From Marsupella aquatica (Eukaryota > Plantae > Marchantiophyta), in NCBI GenBank assembly GCA_973895155.1, contig OZ316891.1, positions 30,139,112 to 30,203,111 on the forward strand: 64,000 nt of DNA, written 5' to 3'. Each line of letters opens with the position of its first letter. Position 1 is the stretch's first letter. The notes beneath the pieces were generated by a model. That model was not told the DNA's origin, searched no databases, and saw nothing but the letters and a program-made list of their open reading frames with translations. Below, piece by piece: positions 11,842-24,371 of this stretch. A program made the translations under genes and the position numbers.

Positions 11842-12837
11842 CTTTTTGCCACAATCGGTAGGAATGATGAGGACCTCGGTTCGCTTGGGTTAGTTTTAGT
11901 CTCTCTCTCTTTCTTGGTTTTTAGGGGTTCCCTATTGTTCATTTCTTATTTTTAGTTCCTCTTTCTTGGTGTTTAGTGGTTCCCTTTTGCTCATTTATTT
12001 TTCGATTGGTTTTGTCCACTTGGGCCCTCTTTTGTTTGTTCATTTGTACTCTGTTTGGTCCCTTTGTATATAAAAAGTGTGTATATTTAACCTCATAATG
12101 GTGTCCGAAGTGCCCCTATCCCAATGACAACGCATGGCACCCAAGTGCCCCCATCCCAATGACAACACATGGCTGAGCATATGCCATATCTCCCTCCTAG
12201 AGAATCTTTGTGGTATATCAAAATACTTTTTGTCTCCTTTGGATTAGGGAGATTGCTTTTTGAATAATGCAAGGCCAGGATAAAAAATATATAAATCTAA
12301 TGGTCAGAGAATGTTCCTTCCAAAAGTGAGTTTGTAGACTGACAATACACCACTTTTGGCGGGATAGGGTATTATAGTAGTAGATGACATGGGTAGACCA
12401 TTTTGGTTGAGTTATTCATCATGGCATGAGGATGGGTAGATTCTAATAGGTTAATTTTGATTGTGTTATTTTGAAATATTAGGGCTAGTGTTTTTTCATG
12501 TCCCCTCCTCCTTTAGCTCCTCCTTTAGTTGCCTTGAAGATGAAAACTGAAGATTATTGTAATTCTCGTAAGCATCAAGTCATAAGCACAAATTCCAATG
12601 GACCACCAAAATGTGTCCATCATCCGGGCTTCACTTTCAGACCTAAAATGTTATCCCACTGGGACTGACAGGTTCAAATTAATTATTGAGTGAATCTGAT
12701 CGTACCTGGGGTACTACTGCTCCACCTAGGAATATGTACTTCTCTGTTTTCAATAATCAATAATTGATCCTACGGTAGCACTGGCGCCACTGCGAATGTG
12801 TACGTTTTTATTATTGATGCAATATTCTACAGGAGTA

Positions 12838-13005
12838 CCTGGAATTTGCATTATTCAGTCATGACTGCCGAACATTCTAGTGTAGTGCTTGCGCCACTCA
12901 TAATTATAACTCAGAACCAACTCTGGAATTTGCATTATTCAGTCATGACTGCAGAACATTCTAGTGTAGTGCTTGTGCCCCTCATAATTATAATTCAGAA
13001 CGAAC
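12838..13005. repeat. Tandem duplication, 84-bp unit x2
   Basis: TGGAATTTGCATTATTCAGTCATGACTGC at 12840 and 12924. Confidence 0.9.
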
Positions 13006-13006
13006 T

Positions 13007-13290
13007 TGCTTAGGTCAGTTGGCTAGGGGACTAGCTTGGAACTGAAAAATCCTAGGTTTAATCTCTCGTCCATACACAAGGGATGTGGAGCCTGGAACTG
13101 AAAAATCCTAGGTTTAATCTCTAGTCCATACACAAGGGATGTGGAGCCTGGAACTGACAAATCCTAGGTTTAATCTCTTTTCCATACACAAGGGAAAAAT
13201 CATAGGTTTAATCCCTCCTCCATACCCAAGGGGTGTGGAGGGTATATGTGTGCTCCATACACAAAGGGTGTGGAGAGTATATGTGTGGAG
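13007..13290 (+). mobile_element. Putative tRNA-derived SINE with internal 56-bp triplication
   Basis: A-box-like TAGGTCAGTTGG at ~13011 and B-box-like GGTTTAATCTC/CC. GGAACTGA recurs at 13038, 13094 and 13150. Body GGTTTAATCCC...AAGGGGTGTGGAGGGTAT (13205-13245) recurs inverted at 48742-48781 with a canonical GGTTCAATCC. Confidence 0.55.
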
Positions 13291-16243
13291 GTAGGGTGAA
13301 TTTTGTGAGTAATGAATGGGAGTTCTGATTATTTTTTTGGCACTTGGTTGTCTACCTTTTTGCCCTGTTTTAAACATCTCTCCCTCCTGGTGTGGTAGGA
13401 TAGATGGGGGCTCACCCTTAAATGTGTCACTATTGGGGTGAGGAGGTGAGGAGAGACTACTTGTTCTTTTCATTTACGTTCAAAACCAAAAAAAATTTAA
13501 AATTATAACTCGGAATTTACCACTTTTCCATTCATGACTGTTTGGGGACAAAACAGTCTAGTATCTCTGTATCTGGCTACGCAAGAAGGTCCTTTTGCAA
13601 TATTGTCATATTGAGCCGCCCACTGTCTTTGATGGCGCTGTGTCCGGCCCGAGCACTACAGTTGTGCACTTCACGGGATTCCTCGCCGATTGATTGTGGT
13701 TGTTGGGCTGTTTTGAGCTTTCGGAGACCGCGGGTGTGATGAAGATCTGAAGTGGTAGGCTTGTTCTGGCCGCGCTGGATTGAGACGCTGCAATTTATTA
13801 TCGTTCTTTGGGGTTTCATACTGCTCTCTCACTCTGCATGGACACTTGGCGGCTGTGGATTGAAATTTGTTAGAGCTCTGGAGCAGAGGCGGGCGGACAA
13901 TGAACGGCTTTCTCGCTGAATAGAGAGAATTTGAATCAGAGGTGAGTGGAATTCATGTTCTGTCTCTGAAGGATTGGTGTTGTGCCCTGTTCTGCCCGCT
14001 ATACCTGGGAAGGTAAGCTTGGTTTCGTTTTCTTGTGGAGTGGGAGATTTTGAGGGACTTTGGAGGGATATAGAGAATCGGGTAGGATGGTTGAGATTGT
14101 TCATGTGAGGAAATCCAGGGTGTTTTCCAATGTTAGATGTGATTTCAGCTTCAATAATCTTCTCTTAAAAGCTTTTCAGTACCTTTTTTCTTGGTTGGGG
14201 GTTGTGAACACGGTTTCGCTCAAGGAAGCCATATCGTCGATTGCTTTCACACAGGGTACAAAACTATTGAGCTGGTTTTGCAGTTCAGAATGGTGTCCTT
14301 GTGGGGTGGGCGGTGGTTGTTAGCTGGATAGGTTGAATCGGGAGCTAGGGGTTCACTGATTCCTGTCACCTCCCGCTTGTTTTGGCGCTCCTGTAATACA
14401 TCGAGTGTTGCCTTCTTCCGAGACGTAATGTTTACGAGCAAGATGTTCAAACGTAACGTTCATCATTGTTGGTCTATACAAGGTGCAGTAGATTCTACGC
14501 CAATGGGGTCACCAGGTTGTCAGAGGTCCTGATAATCCCAACTTGACGTCAATCCAGCCCAGAATGTCCAGTAGGTTCGTTTTCTCGCAGTACTCAGCGA
14601 GTTCAAATTTACTTCCACTGCCGGGTTTTGTGAGGCAGAGTTGAGGCGTTTCTCTGGTAGCTTCAATTGGACCTCTGTGCTCTCTAAGTGTCGTTTTAGT
14701 GCCTTCGAACTCGTGGATTTTTTAAACGAAGGACAAGTGACTCAATGCTATGAAGGACCTGGAGAGAGCAGTGTGAAGATCGTATGAATGAATATCTATA
14801 TAATTTCGAGAAAGATGATCGACGCGTAGGATCAGCTCGTTGACGGAGCTCTTGGAATAGTCGTGAATCTGGGATAGTCCTCCTGTTGGTACAGGTAGAG
14901 TATCATCACGGACGAACTCACTGTCTTAGCACGCAGTAGTCATCCGATCATCTCCATTACGAGTAGAACCGAGCCGTGGAGTAGGCACGGAATCTTACCA
15001 CTAGGACCTCATGCCGATCCTGCAAATGGCATTTGTCATTGTGACGAGCCTCCGGCTTCGGTTGAAATCCGGGCTCAGCTTGACCACAGGATGCCGGAAG
15101 TCCCATCTCCCCGAGTTGGGGAGCTTCGAAGACTTCTGTGGTACTCTGTCGTCACCAGAGTCCGTAAAAGGCCTTGCTGATTTATCTGCAATTGCCTAGC
15201 GTTCTTTCATATGTCATTTTCATGGTCACAGTTGCTCCTCTGGTGATGACCATGTAGCTTTTGCCGATACTAACGTCAATTTAGGGTCTATCTTCAAGTT
15301 AAGGGATGCCACTTCTCCCTCGTAATGTGCGCCTCTCGTTAGAGGCACCTTCTTCCTCTCATATGATCTATGTTTTGTAATTTCTTGCTAGCTCCCACAA
15401 TTCGATGTCCTGCTTTGCCCAGCTGGTCGTCAGGTATGATTTGGAGCGAGTCATGTAGGTATTTCTTTTTGCCTTTCTTTCCTGTCAAAAATTTTGAGGG
15501 TCATCGTGAATATTCTGCCAGTGGGGTGACCCAGACGGGGTCAGTACAATACATTGCAAGACAGTCATCTTTCTCCTTAGTGTCGTTTTACACAAGAACT
15601 TTGCACAGGAGTCTCCCCCGACTCTCGTCGAACTCTTGCTGGTGCCGAAGGATAGCTTTACTACCCCCCTCCTATAGGATGTCCGCAGCTTTGTATCTGT
15701 TGATACAGCGATGGCCCCGTGTCTGCTATAGAAGGCATTCTGAGGACCGAACGTTTCCGTGTCTGTACATTTGTCGACCGTCTCCGTGCTCCCAGGGAAA
15801 CTCTCATATTGCATGACGTGCACAAAGCATAGATGGCCTCCTTCCTACTGGTTTTGAAGGGTGTAATCTTTGGCAGGACAGTCCCTCCCTGGTGAGGTCT
15901 CTACTTTCAGGGTTCTCTCCCTGGCCAGGACTTGAAGATCTAACAGTAGCCTATTGTATGCAATCTCTGCGCAAGTTCCGCAGCTTTGAAGCTAAAAAAT
16001 GCATCGCTAGGAACGATAAAGTATTTTACTCTGTCCAATGCATTTCAAAGAGACCGGAGCTTCCAGAGTCCGTTTGAATGACCGCATTGTCTACCATTGG
16101 GCATTCTGAATGGTCTACAACGATCATCTCTGGTGATTTAAGTGAAATAGTGTCAGCCTGGCTAGGGTAGGATATGGAGACTTCTCAATTTGGAGCTGAA
16201 TTTGTAGCCTGCGTTTTGGAACTGAAATTCTGTGTTCGTCGAA

Positions 16244-16418
16244 TTCTGCTCCCTGCTTGGTGCCGTTCTCTGTAGCATAAGCTCACAGCGAATGGACTCA
16301 ATTGTTTATCAGTAGACCGACCTAACATTGTTTTCTGCTCCCTGCTTGGTGCCGTTCTCTGTATAATAAGCTCACAGCGAATGGACTCAATTGTGTATCA
16401 GTAGACCACCTAACATTG
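16244..16418. repeat. Tandem duplication, ~89-bp unit x2, just upstream of the GDSL start codon
   Basis: TTCTGCTCCCTGCTTGGTGCCGTTCTCTGTA at 16244 and 16333. Confidence 0.9.
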
Positions 16419-16451
16419 TGCTGTGATGCCAGAAACAGTATCCCGGGGAAG

Positions 16452-19055
16452 ATGGCAGGGGTCTTGTGCTACTTCATAGCGCTGCTGTTTCTGACAGGAC
16501 TTTCAGTGGGTCAGGTTGCCCCCCCTTTCATCGTGTTCGGTGATTCGACTGTTGATACTGGAAACAATAATTACATCAATACTACCCTAGACTTCAGTGC
16601 AAACTTCCCGCCATATGGACAACAATTTTTTGGCCATCCGAACGGTCGATTTTGCAATGGAAGGCTGTTCGTCGACTACCTCTGTAAGTGACATTTCTCT
16701 TGAAATGCGCATGATGCCATAATTAGTTTCCATCAAATCCACATAATTGTTGCATGCAATTTGAATTAGGACACCTCTTAACTTGTGAGTCGCTACTTTC
16801 AGTCCAGACGGCAGTCCTTTGGTCGAGTGACATTTGGGAATCCTGGATGGTACTCTGTTTCAGAGAGCTTGATGTTGGCAACCCCAAGAATTAACTGGTA
16901 GACGGATAATTGAGCTCTTTAGGACACCCATTGTAGAGCTCTTACATGTGCGGAAGCTGATTGAAGTGTCTTTCGAATTGTGTCAGGTGACTTCATAGGT
17001 ATTCCCCATCTTGCGCCGTACCTGCAACCTGATGCTGACCACTCCAAAGGCGTCAATTTCGGCTCGGGAGGAGCCGGTGTCCTCTCTGAAACTAACAGTG
17101 GACTGGTATTCATTCCTCTTTAACGATCATTCAGGGCCTACTTTTAATTCCGACTTTGACTCGTTGAAGTGCTAGATCCGATTGGGCTCTGTGGACTCCA
17201 AATCCCATCCTGTCGTTGGGGTCTCTGTCTCATGCCCTCTGGCACAGTGTGTACCTAAAGACTTAAATTTCGTTAGTTTTCGTTAGTTTAACTAGACAAG
17301 CACGAAGATTCGAGAACCCATCCTCGAGCGCTAGTCTCCTGTAATTTTGTCCCATTACTCCTTGTTCTCTACTGTTTGTGTATATGTGTTATCTTTTGGC
17401 CCAATTGTATGCATGGACTTCTATCCCAGATTTTGTTTCGTTCATTCTCCCTCACCTGCTCTTAAATTCGCCGAGTGTGTGCGCTCAAATCATGAAATAT
17501 ATTGCCTAAAGTAATTTTGTATTCATGTCCATTGTAGCCCGAAGGCAGTAGATTGCCCCGGAGTCCCAGGAGTATAAATGGATGTGAGTTCTACTGATAA
17601 AGCGTCTGCTCTAAATGGAAGACTTATTACACTAGTGCATTTGCAGGTCATACCCCTAGGTACCCAACTGAAATACTTTTCCGAGTTTCAGGAGGCACTC
17701 AATGAGAAGATGGGCTTCGTTCAGGCCAGCAAGTATTTCTCAGATTCAATTTATCTCATTAGTATCTCTAATAATGACTACATGAGCGGGTACTTCAGCG
17801 TCGCCGAACTCCGAGAAAAGTACTCGCCCCAGGACTTCATTGCACTCATGGTCGGGGAGATAGTTCGAGCCTGTGAGGTACATCCTGTGTTTTCTCAGTT
17901 TGTAATTGGTACCCCATACGTCTTTATTCAATGAACGGAGGTACAGTCCATCCTAGTGACGGATTTGGACAGTACATCTGGAGAGTAGGAATCATGTAAA
18001 CATGTGATTTGGACCCGTGGGTACGAACTCGGGGGCCAAGACGTGGTCTCTGCGCCCAGAAATGTTGTTGATAATTGGATCGGTATTTTATTCGATCTTT
18101 TAAATGTCATCCGGAAGGTAATTGTTTGTGTATCTTTAGTTTTAGCGTGTACAAGCTGCCTATACTGGGGACTTATTGTTTGTTTGTTGAATCTTTGTGG
18201 AAGTAGTTTCTTCACTCAAAGGGCGCACGCAAATTTGTGGTGGTAGAAGCTGGACCTTTGGGATGTGTTCCAGCGCTCCGACAATTCGATCCCAATCAAG
18301 GTTGCTTTCAACCTGCCGGAGACTTGGGTGTGGCTCATAACGGTGCTCTCAGGATGGCACTAAGGGGGTGGCAAGCCAACCACTCGGATGTCACTCTCTC
18401 GGTCGCTGGCTTATTCCAATTCATGATGGAACGCATAACCAACCCTACGGCCTTCGGTAAGTTCTTTCCTTGTCAAGAGTTGTCGAGTGGTCTGTCCAAT
18501 TCTGACAAGTCTGACGGTGGCCCCACCCAATAACCAGCACTGCTGCAGTCTGTAACGCAATAACAATGTGTCACCTTACTCTCTTGTCTAAGAATTCGCT
18601 ACATAATGTCAGTTTCCTCTCAATCAATGTGATATGTCGTCTCTCAAACAGTTGGTGCGCTTTTCTGATTTGAGGGGTTTCCAGAGTGAATGCATCACGT
18701 TCTTTGGTTTGTTTTTGCAGGATTTAAAGAGGGTATAGCGGCATGCTGTGGCTCTGGTCCGCTTCGAGGCGGGGGACACTGTGGTAGACCAAATTTACTC
18801 ACTGGGGAGGAGCACTCGGTGTGCGACAATCCCGAGGATTATGTGTTTTGGGATTTCTACCATGGTTCGGAGAAGTTGCACGAAATATTTGCCAAAGATA
18901 TGTGGAACGGAAATGGAGATTTGATTACTCCTCTCTGTTTGCGCGAACTGGTCGAGCTCTCCTCATCAGCAGATTGTGATGATGAGCAGTTGGCTGCATA
19001 CAGTAGTGACCCAGTGAATTTACTCAATGCCCACATTGAGCATTCCAGTTTCTGA
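16452..19055 (+). CDS. Secreted GDSL/SGNH esterase-lipase, 5 exons
   Basis: Exons 16452-16683, 16987-17105, 17647-17877, 18207-18456, 18721-19055, all GT-AG with consistent phases. Signal peptide, then [44 protein letters not shown] and FWDFYH (catalytic DxxH). Confidence 0.93.
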
Positions 19056-21239
19056 GCTGCAGCACAATTGTAGAAAGGTGCTCGATCTCAACATTTTTGT
19101 CCGATCGGTAGATGTCTCCTTCTACCCAAGTCGCGTTCAAAGAATCCCTCCACCGAGATATCTACAATATCCTTCCTGTTGAAGAGAATAACGAAGAAGT
19201 GTAATTGACACCTGCTGATGAGTTTCAATTCTAGGGGATCTGAAGCCGCTGAGCGTAGACGAAAAAGGAGATATCGATAAAATCATATTAGCAATAGGAT
19301 GGAAGTCCTCATGATTGATCCAGTCACCCGAAACTGCGACCGATAGGTTTGTTGTCTGGATGATCTCATTCATAACGTTTCTTGATGATCTCATCCAAGT
19401 GTACTTCAGATTTTCGTGTCGATCGAATCCAGGCTCCTCCTGGTGGCTGTTGTGCAAGTGACCGTGGCATAAAATCAGGACTGATCTAAAACTTTGCGAT
19501 TCTAAGTCTGTGCCTGTAATATAAGAGGTAGAGGACATACAGCGGGATTCCTGTAAAACACTTGACAACAAATTCGAACAGGGTAGTTGGACTTCACTAC
19601 ATGGGAGCAGTTGAGACTCCCACAAAAACCCTTCGACTTCTCGTCAATCGTTTGCATTCTCCGTACACGAGTGGTAGTGATTTCAAGCTGATTCTTCCTG
19701 TGAATTGAACCTACCACCATTACTGATTTATTTTCTTTCATAGGAGAGTACAAATTCATTTAGTGAATTCTAGGGATTGGATTGGAAGGCTCGAAATCAT
19801 TATCAAAGTGGGTGCTAGTGTGAAGTATCAACATACATCTGACTGTCTTGTCGGCCGCGTAATGGTAGCCGGGTTTCGACTTCCAATAGCAGCTGCAGGA
19901 CCTGCCAAGTGGCTGATTCAAAGAGGACGTTTAAGGAAGGAAGTTTGTATGTCACTTTAACCATTAGAGAAAAGGGTCAGGACTAGGGTACTAGAGTAAA
20001 ACCATATCTTAACTAGATTAATTCTAGTGTGCAGGACGCGTGGGACAGCGGCAAACCACACAAAAGGTTCACCTAGCGACAAGGTAGGCTCTCTACGGGT
20101 GCCTCCCCAGTCACCTACCCAGTAGAGCCTAGTTCTTTGCACCATACTCAGCCGCTCTGTTCTAGCAGAGGACGAATTGGAGAAATGAAATTGTTTCTCC
20201 ATTTATGTCAAGCTTAAGGTGCATTCACTACATGGCAGTTACAAACTGACGCTGAGAAGTTGGCGGGTCCCTACTCATGCTATGGATTGGATGTCTTTGA
20301 TTACACTTTATTACCATCTTGCTCATTATGAACGGCCTCCTAAACCTCTCCAAGTCTCACCTGATAGAATAGTGGGATGGCGTAGAACTCGCTCCTGTAT
20401 TAGAAGTGTCTCGTTAATACAAAGTCTTGAGCTACTCGAAGAATGAAATTGAATGTAATCATTACATTGCTTTGGTGCTCTCGTTCACTTGTCACATATT
20501 GTCTCACGGTTCTCCATTCGGAACTGTGTGGGATCTCGAATAGGAGTATAACATCTATCATCCATTTCCATCCAGAGCATTTGAAAGAGTCCTCGACTTC
20601 CCATGAGATCCGAAGAACACAGACTCCCTGTCGTCTCCAAAGTAACGAACTCTTCTCCGGAGGTGATATCTGAAACTTTACATCGGCAGATTTTACTCAG
20701 AGTCTTTCAAGTTGACAGCAGAGATGTAAGACTCCACAATCCAAGACATGAGCCCACATTCAAAGCTGCGAAGTGCAGTTTGGCACACCAGAATCACCGT
20801 TAGTGAAAACTGTACAAACGTACGAGGAATTTCGAGAATTGGTAATGTGAGGGGAGTGGAGTGGAGTGGAGTGGCTTCCGACAACAATTTCTTTCCGACA
20901 GCCCTCAATCCCCACCAACTCCGGTTCCCTGCGCCGCAATCCTCACCAAGAAACGGCACGATGAACGTCGTGTTGGGGACGGCACCTAAATTCCTTTCCA
21001 GCGTTCACTTTATCCCCCGTTTCTCATGCACACTTTATTCCATTCAGAAAGGAGTATCCCCCGTTTCTCATGCCCATACTCATTTCTGAACCTTTGGAGA
21101 ATACTTTCCATGAGGGAATATTAAGCCCGGATTGACCTGGGCGTTTGTTCTGCCATCCCCATGGGCCGTCACTCAATATACACGTGATAATAAAGCGACC
21201 CATTGAACCAGCCTGAATGCCCTTCTTTGAATATTAATC

Positions 21240-21550
21240 TTTGAATATTAATAGGAATGATGACTCATTTTTCTTTCTGTTTGGGCTAATTTTGGTGGGC
21301 ATTAGAGTCACTGTCTAGAGGCTTGACTCTAGCTAGCAGCCTAGGCCCAACTCTAGCTCTGGTTCTCAATTTATTAGAAAGATGACCCTTCACTTCTTTG
21401 AATATTAATAGGAATGTGACTCGTTTTTCTTTCCATTTTGGGTAAATTTTGGTGGGGGCCTAGAGTCACTGCCTAGAGGCTTGACCCTAGGAGCCTAGGC
21501 CCCAACTCTAGCTCTTGTTCGCAATTTATTAGAAAGATGACCCTTCACTT
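21240..21550. repeat. Tandem duplication, ~158-bp unit x2
   Basis: TTTGAATATTAATAGGAATG...TTTATTAGAAAGATGACCCTTCACTT occurs twice. Confidence 0.85.
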
Positions 21551-21759
21551 TTGCTAAGGACTCCTAAAGTGGTTTTCTTGGGCTAACCAACTCAAAACTG
21601 TGGGTTTTTAGTAAACTTGTGCATTTATTTGGAAAACTTTTGAATCTTTGTTTAATATTTATTATTTTTTCAGGCTTATTTGGAAAGCTTTTGAATCTTT
21701 TTTTGAATCTCTAATTTTCAGGGATGTTCTATGATGGCCTATCTATTACCTTGTTGGGA

Positions 21760-22600
21760 AGCCTACTTAGATTAATTTGTTTTATTGAACTTTTTACATG
21801 TATTTTTGTTTCAATTTATTTTTAGACAAGGTATATACTTTGTATTTTTGGATTTTGAAATTATTTTTACCCCCTCTTGATTTTTTCAATTTTCTTGTTA
21901 AGACCCCTCCTTTAGGTCTATATTTGTTTTTTAAGCTTCCTATCTTTTGGTAGAATATTTCATTTAATCCTTATATTAAAGTTATACTATTTAATTGATT
22001 GTTCATACAGTCACCATAGATACCTAGACCCTAAGCTATCTAGAATGTGATGGAATTCAAGAGTTGTGAGAAACAAATGTTTCACCCCCTCCCCTCTTAA
22101 CTAGAGCTCAGAGTTCCGTTTCCTAAGTTTATGATTTTGAGTAACTTACGTGTACTTAACATAAGTCATCTTGGAAAAATATGAGAGGCCCACCATTTTT
22201 TGGAAAAGGGATTCACAGTAGTTAGAAGCTAAAGAATTGTATACTAGGAAAATGGCAAGTGGGATAGAAATGGGGCCAACACTTTGTAACGGAATAAGCC
22301 GTAAGGAGAAGACACTCTATAAATGAATAAACATTGAGGCACAAGTACCAAAGTCACCCAAAGCTAATTTATTCTTGCTTTAAAGGGGTTAGTAAAATAT
22401 TCATCCAAACTCTAAAAATGAATGATTAATTATTATTCTTAAAATGGGAATTACTTTGAGCGAGAAACATTACAAGACAATTATTTTACCTTTTGGTGGG
22501 GAATCTTCACACTTTTAGATACCTTCAAGAATATTTGCTTCTCATTTATCTAGATACCTTAGTCCTACAAGCTTTTTTATTACCATTTAAGTGGGGGAGA
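21760..22600 (+). repeat. Dispersed non-coding repeat; inverted copy at ~58280-59420
   Basis: CATTGAGGCACAAGTACCAAAGTCACCCAAAGCTAATTTATTCTTGCTTT (22332-22381) matches the reverse complement of ~58502-58550. Several other blocks are collinear. Confidence 0.85.
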
Positions 22601-22679
22601 TTACCTCACTTAAGTGGTGGTATTACCTCACCAAGTTTAAGATTTTTTTAGATCATATGCTCCATTTCCAATCAGCGCA

Positions 22680-23330
22680 AATTCTTGACAACATGATTGA
22701 GTATTTCTCCTTTAATTGTGGTCCTTGCCCTTTCCCCCAAAAAGTTGATTCAGTAAACTTGCAAAGGAGACAACGATAGCCCCATGAGCAAATGATCCGG
22801 AAAAGTGACCCTGAGCCCCACAACTGACCCAGAGATTCTTGACAACATGATTGGTTAATTATCTTTCTAATCCATTCTTGTGCTCTTGCCCTTTCCACAA
22901 ACAGAAAACATGATTGAGTAAAGACTTGCTAGGAGACTTACTGTAGATAGCCCCATTAGCAAATGACCAGGAAAAGTGACCATGAGCTCCACAATTGAAC
23001 TATCGATTCTTGACAGCATGATGAAGTAGATCTCCTCCTCTTGCCCTTTCCCCAAAACACGATTGACTGATACTTGCAAGAAGACAAAGATAGCCCCATG
23101 AGCAAATGACACTGAAAGGTGTCCATTAGCTCCACAACTGAAACACATATTCTTGACAACATGATTGGATATTTGTCTTTTTAGTCCATTGTTGTGAACT
23201 CTTGCCCTTTCCAAAAACATGATTGAGTAAGGCTTGCCAGGAGACTTAGATAGCCCCACCACTAAACTACATGGATAAGTTACCACGAGCTTTACAATTG
23301 AAACACCAATTCTTGACAACATGATAGTAT
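22680..23330. repeat. Degenerate ~140-170-bp tandem repeat (ATTCTTGACAACATGAT core, 5 anchors)
   Basis: Core at ~22681, 22835, 23007, 23149 and 23309. Shares GGAGACAACGATAGCCCCATGAGCAAATGA with the 65-bp array at 24400. Confidence 0.8.
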
Positions 23331-23740
23331 TTTATGTAACACACTGCCAAATCTGAAGGCATGAACTACCAGAGCCCAACCAAGGGGGGAACACAGGGGA
23401 AAAGCTCCAGACAGAGTCAAAGAGCCCAAAGGTCCCCTACAACAGCAAAGGAACTAAAACTGTACTAGATAGCAAAGTAACTGAAAAGCCTGGTAAAGTT
23501 CCAGAGTGAATTGACCAGGAAGATCATGAAGAGGAATCTATCTAGAGGTCCTGAAACCAAATCCTCAGCCCTTCGTAGAATAGTGCATGCAAAGCCCTGT
23601 GTAGTGCAATAGTCACTCGTCCTCTAAATAATTCAAGGCAATGACAATAGAAACAGGGGAGAAGGCCTTCTCTCTACACCCAAAAAAATTGGCACAGTAG
23701 CACTACCCTGTTAAAGTTCATCCTTGTGCGCTCTAGCCCA
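23330..23740 (-). mobile_element. 5'-truncated relic of a CRE-like LINE 3' end
   Basis: Minus strand reads PVSIVIAL..FRGRVTIALHRA/ACTILRRA with frameshifts, resembling PPLSILTTHFCQRISVTLQRAQAWAIYRRS of the 6851-12090 element. It is followed by a T-rich UTR ending TTGGCAGTGTGTTACATAAAATA. Confidence 0.6.
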
Positions 23741-24371
23741 TTCCCAAAAGACAAAACAAAAACATGATAGACAAAGCTTGCATGGAGACTAGAAAAAATG
23801 ATTAAAAATCTACTACTGTCTTCCCCCAAACACAGCGCCCGGGCGTTGTGTTCAAAAGTTAAAAGTTCTTAGTCTCGTAAGAAAAAGTAGTTCTAACTCT
23901 CTAACACAATGTCATTTTAACACAACACCCGGGCGTTGTGTTTGAATGTTTAAGGTTGCCTTTGAGTTTTTCCTAATCTTGACAGCATTGAGCACAAAAA
24001 GTGCAAGTTCATGAATTACAATCAAACCATAAGCAAAGTAAACAAAAAGCCATTGATAGCCTTCACATTTTGACAACAGTGCTAGGAGCAATTTCTGGAG
24101 AAATATTGCCAAAGAGAAGCTACTTTCCAAAATGACGGTCTAGACTGAAGCCTCTAGACCATAATTCTGAGGGTGCCACTTAAGTTGAAGGTGATTTGGA
24201 GGTGCAGGTGAAAAAGGTGTCTTAAAAATAGGAAGTGGGTTTAGGGTGAGGGTTTTGAAATTGGAGTAATGCAATGGCGCTGTTTGCTGCGCTCCTTCTC
24301 CACATTCGAGCTGCTTTGTGCTGCGCTGCACTCACATAGTGCACCTCTAGCTAAGTATGCACATTCAAAAA

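Larger units (their letters stand above)
6851..12090 (+). mobile_element. CRE-clade-like non-LTR retrotransposon (RT + restriction-like endonuclease) with tandem-repeat 5' region
   Basis: Bounded by the direct repeat CCTCATAA at 6843-6850 and 12091-12098 (candidate TSD). Contains the 197-bp array, a disrupted single ORF, and a T-rich 3' UTR ending TGTATATAAAAAGTGTGTATATTTAA. Confidence 0.85.

Noticed and set aside
13500-16240. Short ORFs between the SINE-like element and the GDSL gene
   Set aside because: No homology or consistent exon chain. Probably a 5' UTR exon (donor AG|GTAAG at ~14012) and a long intron.
24238-24256. Telomere-like TTTAGGG
   Set aside because: Only one or two degenerate units, consistent with a telo-box or chance rather than an interstitial telomere array.
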